The notes under the pieces were generated by a model. That model made no database searches. It was not told where the DNA came from and saw only the letters and a list, made by a program, of their open reading frames with translations. The position numbers were made by a program, and so were the translations under genes. A stretch of DNA of 57,196 bases from Rhizaria sp. SCN 62-66 (lineage: Eukaryota), in contig MEDY01000170.1 in assembly GCA_001724265.1 (NCBI GenBank), forward strand, positions 1 through 57,196, read 5' to 3'. Within the stretch, counting starts at the first letter, position 1. Each line of letters begins with the position of its first letter. Below are positions 43,201 through 53,092 of the stretch, piece by piece.

Positions 43201-45945
43201 CCCGCGCGGCCGCTGGTGGCGTGGCGCGGCGCGCTGCTGTCTCCCTTCGCGCCCTCGTTCCCACTCGCGCTGCACCAGGTCGCCGGCCCCGCGCTCGTGC
43301 CCGAGGCGCTGCTGTCGCCGCTGCTGCCCGCGGGCGCGCCGCAGCGCCTGCTGCCGCCCGGCGCCGTCGAACTCAGCGGCGTGCTGCCGCTGGCCAAGGT
43401 CGAACGCTTCCTGCTCGACCTCAAGGAGTGCCGGTCGCGGCGCGCGATGGCGGCCTTCGACGTGGTTCCGCTGGCGCCCGACGGCAGCTACGGACTGGCG
43501 GCGCTGTCCGCGGCCGAGTTGGCACACGTCGCCGTCGTCTGCGAGCACTTCAACCGCGAGCAGGTCGCCGGCGTCGTCGACCTGCAGGCCAGCTCGGGCG
43601 TGCTGATCTACATCCTCCCCGCGCGGCCCGCGCCCGGCGTCGCGGAGACGCTCTACCGCGCGCGCGCGGCCGCCATCGACGCCAACGACGCTGCGGACGG
43701 CGCGGGCGGTGCTGCGGAGGCCGCGGAGCCGGAGCCGCCGCTGGGCGCGGGCGCCTTTACGGCCTCGTTCGTCGCGCGCGGACTGCAGCTGCGGCGGCCG
43801 TGCCCCGACGACCCCCCGCCCTGCGGCGCAGCCCCGCTGCCGCCGCTGCCCGCCGGCGCCTCCCCGGCTGCACCCCCCGCCCCCGCTACTATGGCGGGGG
43901 CGGGGGCGGACGCGCCCTTGTGGACCGCGCCCGCGGGCGTGACGGGCGCGCGCGCACTGGCGGCCGCGGGGCTGGGCCACGGGCTCTGGGCCGTGGCCGT
44001 GCTACGCGACCGCGCCGCGCGCGACCTCATCTGGGGCGCCAACACCGCTGGCAGCGCGGGTCACTCCGGCGCGCAGCCCGCGTGGGAGCGGTGGCTGGAG
44101 GGCAACGTGCCGGTGCATGAGGCCGCGGTGGCGGCGCTGGCGGACCCGCCGCTGCCTGCACTCGCCGCCGTCGCCGCTGAGGCCGAGACCAAGGCCCGTG
44201 CGCTGAACTCCGGCCTCCCGCAGCAGCAGCAGCAGAAGCCGGGCGTGACGTTCGCCGCCGGGCCCGCCGGGGATCCGCGCCGCCGCGGCAAGCCCACCGC
44301 CGCCTCCGCCGAGCCCGCATCGAGCGCTGCCGCTGCTGCTGCGCCTGCACGGGCTCCGGTCGCTGTCGCGGCCCCAGCGGCTGCTGCAGCGGCTGCTACA
44401 GCGCCGGTGGCTGTGGCGGCGCCTGCACTGCCAGGCTTTGCGCAAGCGCTGGCGCAGGTGCTGCCGACCGCCTTCGGCTCCGCTGCCGCTCCTGCTGCGG
44501 CCCCCGTCCCTGCCCCTGCCCCTGCTTGTGCTGTGCCTGCCGCCCCTGCTCCCGTCAAGAGCGCGGGCGTCTCGGTCGCGAGCGCGATCGCGAGCGCCAA
44601 CGCGAGCTTCGCCTCCGCCTTCGGTCCCATCGCCATGGCCGCCCCTGCCCCTGCCGCTGCCACTGCGCCCCCGTCTGTCGCCAGCGCCGCGACCGCAGCG
44701 CCCGCGCCCTCAGCGGCTGCAAGCACCGCGCCGAGCACGAGCGCAAGCGAACATGTGAATGTGAATGTGAATTCTGGTGCGCCTGCGGGTCCTGCCACTG
44801 TCTCCGGCCCTATAACAACTGGCTCTAGCCAGCAGCTCGGCCCCGGCGCCGCCGCCTCTCCCGCGCCGCCCTACGGCGCCGCCGCCGCGTCCCCTTACAC
44901 CAGCGGTGCGCCGCCTTATAGCAACAACAGCGCGCCGCCCTACGGCAGCAGCGCCGCGCCCCTCTACGGCGCCAGCAGCAACAACAGCAGCTTCGGCGGT
45001 GCGCCGCCCTACGGCGCGAGCTCGTCCCCCTATGGCGCCACCGCCGGCGCCGGCGCCCGTCCGTACGGCGCCGGCGGCGGTGCGCCCTCCTACGGCAGCA
45101 GCGGCCCCCCGTACCGCGCCAGCGCCCCGCCCTACGGCGCTAGCAGCCCGCCGTACGCGAGCGCAGGCAGCGCGCCCCCCTACGGCGCTGCGCCCGGCTA
45201 CCGCGGGCCGCCCTACGGCAACGCATCGCCCCCGCAGCAGCAGCAGGCGTACGGCAGCGCTTCAGGCCATGGCAGCGCTCCAGGCTACGCCGTCTCCGCA
45301 CCCGGCTACAGTGCGCCCGGCTACGCCAGCTCTGCGCCCGGATATGCGCCCGGCTACGGCGGCGGCGCCCCGGGCCACGGCAGCGGCGCCCCGCCGGGCT
45401 ACGGAGCCGCTGCGCCCGGCTATAGCGCCGCCGCGCCCGGCTACAGTCAGGGTCAGGGCGGCCCCAGCTACAGTCAGAGTGGCCCCAGCTACGGCCAAGG
45501 CCAGGGTGGGCCGGGCTACGGCGGCGCGCCCGCGGGCTACGGCGGCGCGCCCGGCGGCTACCGTGATGCGGGCCCTGCTCCTGCCGGCTATAGCGGCGGC
45601 GGCGGCGGTGGCTACAGCGGCAGCAGCTACGCGCCCGCGCCCGCGCCCGCGCAGTCCCAGCAGCCGCGCTACAAGCAGCCTCATCAGCAGCATCCTCATC
45701 AGCAGCAGCAGCCGCAGCACTACGGCGGCGGCCGCCCCCCGTACCCGCCGCAGTCGCACCCGCCGCACCACCACCACCAGCACCAACAGCAGCGGGGCCC
45801 TCAAGGCGGCTCTGGTGGCTACGGTGCTGGCTCTGACCCTGCTGGCGGTGGCGGCGGCGGCGGCGGCGGGGCGAAGGGCGGCGTGCACCCGTCGCGCATG
45901 GGGCAGGTCGGCCGCGGCGATGCTAAGCCGCGCTTCAGGGATTGA
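40285..45945 (+). CDS. PHD finger + TFIIS-M-like + SPOC domain transcription regulator (PHF3/DIDO1/Bye1-like), 1886 aa
   Basis: PHD YCVC...MIQCELCQNWYHGECCG...FICGLC. TFIIS domain II-like LRARLRAMLGDAL...AIDAAVF...YRARVRTLLTAL...LRAPLRVG. SPOC-like VAWRGALL...HQVAG...LPPGAVELSGVLPLAKVERFL...AGVVDL...LIYILP. Tyr/Gly/Pro-rich tail. Stop TGA. Confidence 0.78.
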   Translation: MADMNPDTDPTKYCVCELTTAAANALARRELEMIQCELCQNWYHGECCGFTIADIALDENFICGLCTGAGIKPPLPRAPLLLLQKRRAAPAAGAKNSGVLSDSDVEVVSASRVPSKPKPPKSSSKSSPKSSSKSSAKTAVIVSDIELSDADDDAAGDGAGAVFVPGAASAVSGRSGRRIKPSQRAAELETLFSAARKGRGKHRRQQLRATASDSGSSSSSSSSDSDSSSNSSSSSNSSSDSSSDSSDGSDVETTGVVRPPRIAGGVAHVSLLDDSDGDGDKEAAAVSAAKKSKSGTKGGNGKASKGSKSEHKRSHDKGDFDSESDSDGVELVFTAGSTSSDFATPHKNGLSGSSAKSKSKDAAASAQSQVNPRKRLAPARPSAAGSSSSISGGGSDGAVPAALRARLRAMLGDALAFLGPADRDHDYWQQQGQQTNSATATATAAVSGGGVLTLAQCAGTLATAIDAAVFADAVSPPQLAAQLAASPASPSHSLSGGAAGAVGKSPPGVVFVGLAPAPAPAASVSASMAGGGEESVADRYRARVRTLLTALQARDAGHLRAPLRVGLLRRQGAIPADSPLLALSSGSSSSGGSSSASASASASADSDKNEDTAADEFEVLELEVAAFCRLDEVGLMAPAARRALAAAHAEAMRDRLRGQDDDGDDDGGAGKGKGKKGRAGAESTADGGDGGGGRESGDEATGDSSAHDDDNDGDEKGGGAGHNNGDENSAAAASSSSPKPASTRLHSPKPAASASGSGFATSAGAGGAAVSAFVPPAVSAAAAASGNSNRDHFLRDDDDDVDLDFFNDGDEDDGGSRSHRSKRGGKSARARPLAVAYNEKLEKEREQELAHQQQQQKKKAHAQAQMQAQAPGDGADSDDEAVAAAARGRQLLAGALPASAAAAAAASASALSAGARAAATMLAQVSSPAELSATAAAAAALLAAATGDPAAAVVPPARALRLALSTGTPLPSPARPLVAWRGALLSPFAPSFPLALHQVAGPALVPEALLSPLLPAGAPQRLLPPGAVELSGVLPLAKVERFLLDLKECRSRRAMAAFDVVPLAPDGSYGLAALSAAELAHVAVVCEHFNREQVAGVVDLQASSGVLIYILPARPAPGVAETLYRARAAAIDANDAADGAGGAAEAAEPEPPLGAGAFTASFVARGLQLRRPCPDDPPPCGAAPLPPLPAGASPAAPPAPATMAGAGADAPLWTAPAGVTGARALAAAGLGHGLWAVAVLRDRAARDLIWGANTAGSAGHSGAQPAWERWLEGNVPVHEAAVAALADPPLPALAAVAAEAETKARALNSGLPQQQQQKPGVTFAAGPAGDPRRRGKPTAASAEPASSAAAAAAPARAPVAVAAPAAAAAAATAPVAVAAPALPGFAQALAQVLPTAFGSAAAPAAAPVPAPAPACAVPAAPAPVKSAGVSVASAIASANASFASAFGPIAMAAPAPAAATAPPSVASAATAAPAPSAAASTAPSTSASEHVNVNVNSGAPAGPATVSGPITTGSSQQLGPGAAASPAPPYGAAAASPYTSGAPPYSNNSAPPYGSSAAPLYGASSNNSSFGGAPPYGASSSPYGATAGAGARPYGAGGGAPSYGSSGPPYRASAPPYGASSPPYASAGSAPPYGAAPGYRGPPYGNASPPQQQQAYGSASGHGSAPGYAVSAPGYSAPGYASSAPGYAPGYGGGAPGHGSGAPPGYGAAAPGYSAAAPGYSQGQGGPSYSQSGPSYGQGQGGPGYGGAPAGYGGAPGGYRDAGPAPAGYSGGGGGGYSGSSYAPAPAPAQSQQPRYKQPHQQHPHQQQQPQHYGGGRPPYPPQSHPPHHHHQHQQQRGPQGGSGGYGAGSDPAGGGGGGGGGAKGGVHPSRMGQVGRGDAKPRFRD

Positions 45946-46376
45946 GCGCCGTGCGCGCGCCGTGCAAAGGGGTTATCACGACTTTTAGCCCAAGATATGT
46001 GATAGTAAAATTGTGTATACTCCTGTCTGAATTTGATACTTCTCATATCTGTCGTGTATTATACTGTGTTATGTTGTATTTATGCATTTCTCTTTTAGTT
46101 TCTTTGCTTTTTCAGTGATGTTGTACGAACTCAATCACATATTTATTCAATGCGCTTATCTTCTTGATGAGCAAGCTCTTCATGTGTGCGAATTTGCTTC
46201 GCTTTAGCGTTAACGCTAATGTGGGTGCGATTAAGCACACTGTGTTTAGCATCGCAACCTGCTTGTCCAACACTCATTAGCAATCCTCAGTCAAGTCTTT
46301 TGTGTTGTGCTGTACATGATGTGATATGATATCTTGCTCTCCGATGACGACCGACTTAAGCGCGACTCCTCGCGCC

Positions 46377-46868
46377 TCACTGCATCTGGCGGCGCTTGAG
46401 GCAGTGCCCGATGCAGTCGTAGCACTTGATCTTTGCCCAGAAGCCCATGTCCCGGTCCTTGGGCTTGCACTCGCCCTTGCACTCGACGGCGCGGCACGAC
46501 TTGTCGTCGCCTTCCGCATCCGTTTGCGCGTCGCGCACCGCGCCCGCGCGCGGGACCGCGGGGACGGCGTCGGGGTTGCGCGCCGACAGAGAGCCAGGAT
46601 CAAAGTCAGGACTCGAGGCGGAGGCCGCGTTGTGGGCCTCGTGAGCCCCGTGCTCGCGGTCGGGAGAGGCCGAGAGCGAGGCGGCGGCAGCGGCGGCGGC
46701 GGCAGCGTTTTCGGAGCAGGGCGAGCACGGCGCTGATGCGTACTGGTCCATGACCTCGAGCGAGTTGGCGTCCCACGCCGCGGCGCCGCACGGGGCCAGC
46801 GCGAGCGCGAGAGTGGCCGCGGCGGCCGCGAGCAACAGCGCGCGGGGCAAGCGGGGCAAGAGCAGCAT
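46377..46868 (-). CDS. Small secreted Cys-rich protein (163 aa)
   Basis: Signal-peptide-like MLLLPRLPRALLLAAAAATLALALAPCGAAA; C-terminal CRAVECKGEC...KCYDCIGHC. GC-rich island in AT-rich DNA. Stop TGA. Confidence 0.7.
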   Translation of the reverse strand: MLLLPRLPRALLLAAAAATLALALAPCGAAAWDANSLEVMDQYASAPCSPCSENAAAAAAAAASLSASPDREHGAHEAHNAASASSPDFDPGSLSARNPDAVPAVPRAGAVRDAQTDAEGDDKSCRAVECKGECKPKDRDMGFWAKIKCYDCIGHCLKRRQMQ

Positions 46869-47387
46869 CAAAGCTGAAAACTTGATGTAGATACAGAGGG
46901 GAAATGAATGAGGCGAAGGGACTTAAAAAGGAATTATATAGTTTACGCGTTGGAAGCGTGTCTAAATAGTTATACAAACTTAAAGTTTGAGTTATCACAC
47001 TGAAAAACATGTTTTGTTTCGTCTTGTCGTCACTTGAAAACTTATGCTTCCTTTTCGTCATGTTTTTAACTCGTTCTCCAAGCCAGAAGCACATTCTTGG
47101 CATCAGCATCAAAAATAAAACAATACATAACAGTCATAATGAATCATTATTCCTATAGCCATATCTCTTTGTCAATGCAATAGAACCTAACATACGCTCT
47201 CCAAATGTAACATGTCACTTGACAGCATCACTTGTGGTGGCGAAGGTGACAACGAACAAAAAGCGAAATAGAAAGCGACAAAAACAAATCAGAATACTTT
47301 ATTATAGCAGTAAAAAGAGAAAATACAACTTAGTAGAGACAATACGCATGGTTTTGGTTTCGCAACGCACAGCAGCAGCAGTGTGCC

Positions 47388-48101
47388 TTACCGCGCGTAG
47401 GAGAGCTTGAGCGTGTGCTCGGGGGTGAGCTTGTAGCCCTGGAGCCCGTTGAGCGCCGTGGTCGCGTTCTCGGCCGTGTCGAACTCGACAAACGCAACGC
47501 CGGGCCGTGCGGCGTCCATGCGGACCTGCGCGAAGCCCGCGGCGTTGGCGAAGAAGCGCTCGAGCATGTGGCTGGTGAGCTGCGCGGGAATGCGCTCAGC
47601 GAAGAGCACCTTGTTCGGGGGCGCCTCGACCTCGTCCTCTTCTTCCTCCTCCTCCTCCTGCGCGCCCGGCGCAGCGCCCGCGGCGCGCGCGGACTTGACT
47701 GAGGCGGGGCCCAGCGCGTCGGGCGCGGCGCGCTTGAGGCTGGCGCCGCCCGCGCGCGCGGAGCCGGCGGTGGAGCCCGCTGCGGCGGCGAGCTGAGCGG
47801 GGGTGGGCGCGACGTAGGTCCCGTCGGCCTTGGCGATGAGGTGCGACTTGGTGCGCGCAAACTGCAGCTTGAGCGGCTTGCCGTAGAAGGGCGCGCCGTT
47901 GTAGAGCTGAACGGCCTTGGTGGCGGCGGCGATGTCGTCGAACACGATCCAAGCCTGGCCACGGAACTTCTGCGTCTTGCGAGCGTTGATGTCCAGGATG
48001 GCGCCGCAGGAGGAGAAGAGGCTATAGAGCGTGCGCCGCAGCTCGTCCAGCTTGATCTTGTCGTCCAGGTTCTGGACGTAAATTGTCTGGTTGGAAGACA
48101 T
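47388..48101 (-). CDS. U1A / U2B''-family snRNP protein (two RRMs), 237 aa
   Basis: RRM1 NQTIYVQNLDDKIKLDELRRTLYSLFS...KFRGQAWIVF...PFYGKPLKLQFARTKS...DGTY. RRM2 PPNKVLFAERIP...GVAFVEF...LQGYKLTPEHTLKLSYAR. Stop TAA. U1A versus U2B'' not resolved. Confidence 0.93.
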   Translation of the reverse strand: MSSNQTIYVQNLDDKIKLDELRRTLYSLFSSCGAILDINARKTQKFRGQAWIVFDDIAAATKAVQLYNGAPFYGKPLKLQFARTKSHLIAKADGTYVAPTPAQLAAAAGSTAGSARAGGASLKRAAPDALGPASVKSARAAGAAPGAQEEEEEEEDEVEAPPNKVLFAERIPAQLTSHMLERFFANAAGFAQVRMDAARPGVAFVEFDTAENATTALNGLQGYKLTPEHTLKLSYAR

Positions 48102-48824
48102 CTGTGTGTGTGGAAGACTGGGGAGCTGCGTTAGCTGTTAGCTGTTAGAAGCTGTTGTCTGTTGCTGCTGCCGTCTCGATAGGAGCGGGGGAAGAGCCGG
48201 CGGCTGGGTGCGCGACCGGGGCCGGGCAGAACTGAAGAAAACCCGCGTTAGACAACGCTGGGACGGAGGAAGCAGGAAGAAAGGTCAATGACCTGGGGCT
48301 GGTGGGCGACGGAAAGACTGAGCAGGAACAAGAGCGCGAGAGCCGGTAGAAAGGTGAGTTGAGAGTTGTGGTTCTGAAGCATCGACAAGGATTGACGGTT
48401 GCGAAATAAAGGGGACAAAAGAAAATATAAGGAAATATCCTTACAACGTGCGTAGACAACGATCTTTCACGTCAGTTTCTGGGAATTCAAACTCAAGATA
48501 TTCGACGCAACCCCCCTCGCCGACCTACCGGAGTTCCGAAAAAAAGGGACCTGTGTTGAGTCGTCAAATCACACAATTTCTGCTTCATCCCGAACCTCAC
48601 ATGATTCGTTGTTGCTTTTTTGGTTGTGTCTCTGTGACTTTATATTGAGTAAATTTTGTGTTCTCTTTATTATTCACTCACCAGTTCCTGCCGAACCCGT
48701 TGCCCCGATCCAGAACTGGCAGATCACACGCACTCAAATCGACGAGCGCTAGGACTAACACCAGCGCTGCCCGTCAGCCCAAGTCTGTCAGCAGCGAGTC
48801 CAGTTGCCATCCCCTTATCTGCCG

Positions 48825-51800
48825 ATGTCATCCGTGCGCAGCCCCGGTGAGATCCACCTCTCTTCGCTGCCCCCACGCGGCGGCGGCAGCACTGCCGGCG
48901 GTGGCAGCAACATCGGCGCCGCGTCGCCGTCCCGCCCCACGCGCTCCCATGCCCCGCACTCGCCGCCGCTGGCCCCCGACGCGTCTGCCTCCGCCTCGGC
49001 GTCGTCGCCGCGTGCACATGGCAGCCTGCCGTGGCGCCGGCTGTCCTCCTGCCCCGGCAACGCCATCCTCCGCATCTACGAGTCCTACCGCGCCCCGGCG
49101 AACCCGCTCTCTGCGAACCCGCTCTCCGACGCCGCGGCCCGCGCGCCCGCGTTCCGCACGCTGTCGGGCCTGGAGGAGCTGATCGACCTGTACGAGCACT
49201 CGACGCCACACGGCCCCGCGGGCGACGCTGTCGTGTGGCTCGACGTCGAGCTCCAGGACCCGGTGGCCAAGGGCTTCCGCTGCTGCCGCGGCGCGCTCGA
49301 CGCCATGCTCGCCACGCGCCGCACCTGGGCACAGCAGCAGAAGGCCACGCAGGCGCGGCTGCGCGCCTCGGCGCGCGCGCTGCGGCGGGCGCTGGGCGAC
49401 GCGCGCGCCGCCGCCGACGCGCTGCGGGGCGCGGCCGACGCTGCGCGCGCGGCGGCGGGCCGGCCAGCGCTGACGCTGCGCGAGCTGGAGCCGGAGCCTG
49501 CGGGCGGGGGCTACGGCGACGGCGCGTCCAGTGACAGCGGCGGCGATGGGTCCGACTCTGATGAGGAGGGCTCTCACAGCGTCTCCCGCTCAGTCTCGGC
49601 TCTGGCCGCCAACAACAACAATTACAGCAACACCAATTTCAACAACGATAACCTCGAGGACATCGACGACGCTGACGTTATTGCTGCTGCCCAAAATGTC
49701 TCTCTCGCCGGCGGCGCGGCCCAGCGCTACAGCGCCCGCAGCGGCGGCGTCGGCGGCAGTGGCAGTGGCTTTCCCACTCCGTCTCTGCGACCGCAGCAGT
49801 CGATTCGCCCCCAGCTCTACAACAGCAGCTTTCGCAACGCCAATTACAACAACAACAACAACAACAACAACAACAGCACCAACAACGCGAAGACGCCCAA
49901 AAGCTCCGGTGCGTCGTCCGGCGGCCCCGGCGGCAACAGCGGCTGCTGCACGTCGCTGTTCGCAGCGCTGCGCAGCGAGTACTCAAGCGCGTTCGACAAC
50001 GTCCTGGTCGTCAACAACACCAACAGCCACGTCGTCACCTCGGGCGGCGCGCCCCCGCCCGCGGCCGCCGCGGAGCTCGCCGCCGACGTCGCCGCAGCCG
50101 TGGCCGCCGCGGCCGCAGCCGCAGCCGCCGCGGCCGCCGCAGCCGCGCCCGCGGGCTCCGCCTCTGCGGGCAACGGGCTGAGCGCGCCGGAGCTGGTGCG
50201 TGCGGCCACGCTCGCGCACTCGGCCGCGGCCACGCTCGCGCCGCAGCCGCTGGGCATGGGCTCGCTCTACTCGATGTTCCAGACCCTCATCAAGCCGCCC
50301 TCCGCGAACACTGCCAACGCCATCGCCAGCTCCAGCACCGGCAACGGCAGTAGCACGGGCGAGGCGGCGGCGGGCGCTGCTGCCGAGTGCGGCGAGTGCG
50401 CGGCCGAGGCCGCCGCGGAGGCTGAGGCGGCGTGCCCGCTGGCCCGCGGCCGCGCCGCCGTCGCGCGGCTGCTGCGGAGCCTCGCGCGCGCGCAGCAGGC
50501 CATGGCGGCCTCTGGCGGCCAGGGCGACGCCGGGGCCGCGGCGCAGGCGCGCGCGCTGCGGGCGCTGCGGCGGTGGCGCGTGCTCGCCGCGCGCTGGCCC
50601 CGGGGCTCGGTCGCCGCCGTGGAGGCGGAGGCCGTGGCCGCCGCCGAGGCCGTCGCGGGCGGCGGCAGTACGGTCGGCCGGGGCCACGCTCACGGTCACA
50701 GTCATGCGCACAGCGCGCACGGGCTCGGACAGGGCCGCCGCGCGTCGTCCGCGCGCGGCTACGGCAACCACGCTGCGCACCACAAGCAGCAGCTCGGCCG
50801 CGCCGGGCTCGAGCACGGCCAGCTGCGCCGCGGGCAACAGATTTTCAGCAACGCCGGCACCGGCGCTGCTGCGGCTCACAGTCACTACCAGCTGGGCGAC
50901 CGCGCCCGCTCCAACACCGCCACGGGCTCGGGCGCCGTGGGGAGCGCTCACGGCGGCGGCGGCCACAGCGGTGCGATGCGGTACCGTGTGAGCAGCGAGC
51001 ACGACGTGTTCGGCGGTGTGTGCAAGATGTTCAACGTGCACCCGCTGACGATCGAGGACATCTTGACTGTGAACGACCGCGAGAAGCTCGAGGTGTTCGA
51101 CACGTACTTGTTCCTCGTCGTGCGCGCGATGCCGCCCGAGCACGCGCGCGGCGAGGCCGGCTCCGACTCGAGCTCCTCGTCCTCCTCCGACGGCGACGAT
51201 GACGACAGCGACAGCGTGCTCAAGAGCAGCCGCAGCAAGCGCGGCGGCTCGTTCGCTGCGGCGGCGTCGTCCAGGCAGTCGCCGGCCCGCGCGCGCGCTA
51301 ACAACGCGTACAACTACAATGCGAACAACAATAGCAATTTCAACATGAACATGAACGTCAACAGTCGCGACTACGCGAACCGGCGTGCGGCGTCGATCGA
51401 GCTCGATCTCGACGTCGACGACGACGACGGCGGTGACAACAACAACGTCAACGTCAACAACGCCAATGACGACGACAACGCCGAGGACGAGGAGGAGGAG
51501 GAAGAAGAAGAGGAAGATATGGACGCACTCTACAAGCGCGGCATGTCCGCCGTCTTCGGCGACGTCGAGGCGCAAAAGCGCGCCAAGGCGAAGCGCCGCC
51601 GCCGCCGCCGCCGCGCGCGCCGCCGCGAGCGCCGGTGGATTGCCGCGGCGGCCGCGCGCGAGGCGCTTAAGAGCCGCGATGAGGACGCGGATGACGCCGA
51701 GACGCTGCGGCTGCGCGCGATCGTGGCGGCGCCGCTGGAGAGCACCGAAAGCGAGAGCGAGAGCAGCGACGGCGCTTACACCACCATCGAGGTCACCGAC

Positions 51801-53058
51801 AGCGACGAGGACGCCAACAACATCGCGAACGACGGCGAGTACGACGGCGACGGCAACTATGACGAGAATGTCTCCGATGTTGACGCTGACGGGCAGAGCA
51901 ACGAAGGCAGCGTGACCGACGATGAGAACGACTTCGCCGCTGGACTCAACGATGCCAGCCACGCCAGCCTCGGCCTCGGCCCCAGTTCGTCTCGCGCGCG
52001 CTTTTCGGCCGGCTCTGCCGCCGCTGCCGGTCTCGGCGCTGTCGCTAGTACTGTCGTTCGCGGCGGCAGCGGTGCTTCGCGGGCACGGGCGCCCGCTTCC
52101 ACTGCTGGAGCTGCACAGCCCGCGTCTGGCACGCTGCGGCGCCCCAGCCACGCGCGCAACAACAGCAACTACAACAACAACAGCGGCGTCGGCCTCTACA
52201 AGGCGGCGAGCGGCGACGCCTCGATGCGCGCGCGCTCCAACTCTGCTGCCGCTGGTGGCGGCGCGTTCACTGCTGAGGGCCGCGCGCGGCCGGCGCTGCG
52301 GCGCGTGCGTGTGCGCAAGATTGTCAAGCCGCCGCGCGTGCGCACGCAGGAAGACATGGACAGCGTGTGGACTACCGACGAGAGTACGCAATATGATCAA
52401 AATATCACCATACTTGTTTATAATGTTGAACGTTATCTCTCAAATTATCTTTAACTGTTTGTATCTTATTTTTATCGCATCACTAACCTAAATCATCCAT
52501 TTACCTGCTCCTGCATCTCTTTCTTCCTGCGCACCGCGTGTTACGACAGCGTCTCGGTCCACGCTGGACTTCTTCAGCGAGTCGATCCGTGTGCTGGTGC
52601 TGAACAACCTCGTCATCACGTTCCACGCGCACGGCCTCACGCCCGCCGTGCGCGCGATCCAGCGCCGCCTCAACCAGCAGCTCGAGACTCAGTGGTCGCA
52701 GGTCAGCTCCAACATGGCGTACGTCTTTATAATGTCTCAATATATCAAATTTCAACCTATACTGCTCCTTTAGTATCTTCTCAACTTGTTTTCAACTTGT
52801 TCTCATTCTTTTTTATGTGTTTTGTTTCATGTTCCGTTCTACATCTTCACAGCCAGCACAAGCGCTACACGTTCCACCTCAAGGTGCAGGAGCAGCTCCG
52901 CACACAGCTGCTGCGCCGCTATCTGTCCAACCACGCGCCCACGCCGCAGACTTCCACCGTGGGCGGCAAGCCTGGCCACGGCGCCCGCGCCGGCTTCGGT
53001 GCGGGCGCTGGCGTCGCCCACCACCACAGCGCCCGCAGCGCGCACGGCCACGGCCACC

Positions 53059-53092
<34 letters not shown>

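Noticed and set aside
47170-47185. U1A autoregulatory PIE element in the 3'UTR
   Set aside because: Only one imperfect ATTGCAT; no paired AUUGCAC loops or supporting stem.
41377-52400. Long antisense or alternative-frame ORFs (e.g. 41377..43980, 49983..52400; also 8886..10307, 27019..28686)
   Set aside because: Arg/Ala-rich shadow frames expected opposite very GC-rich genes, with no recognisable motifs.
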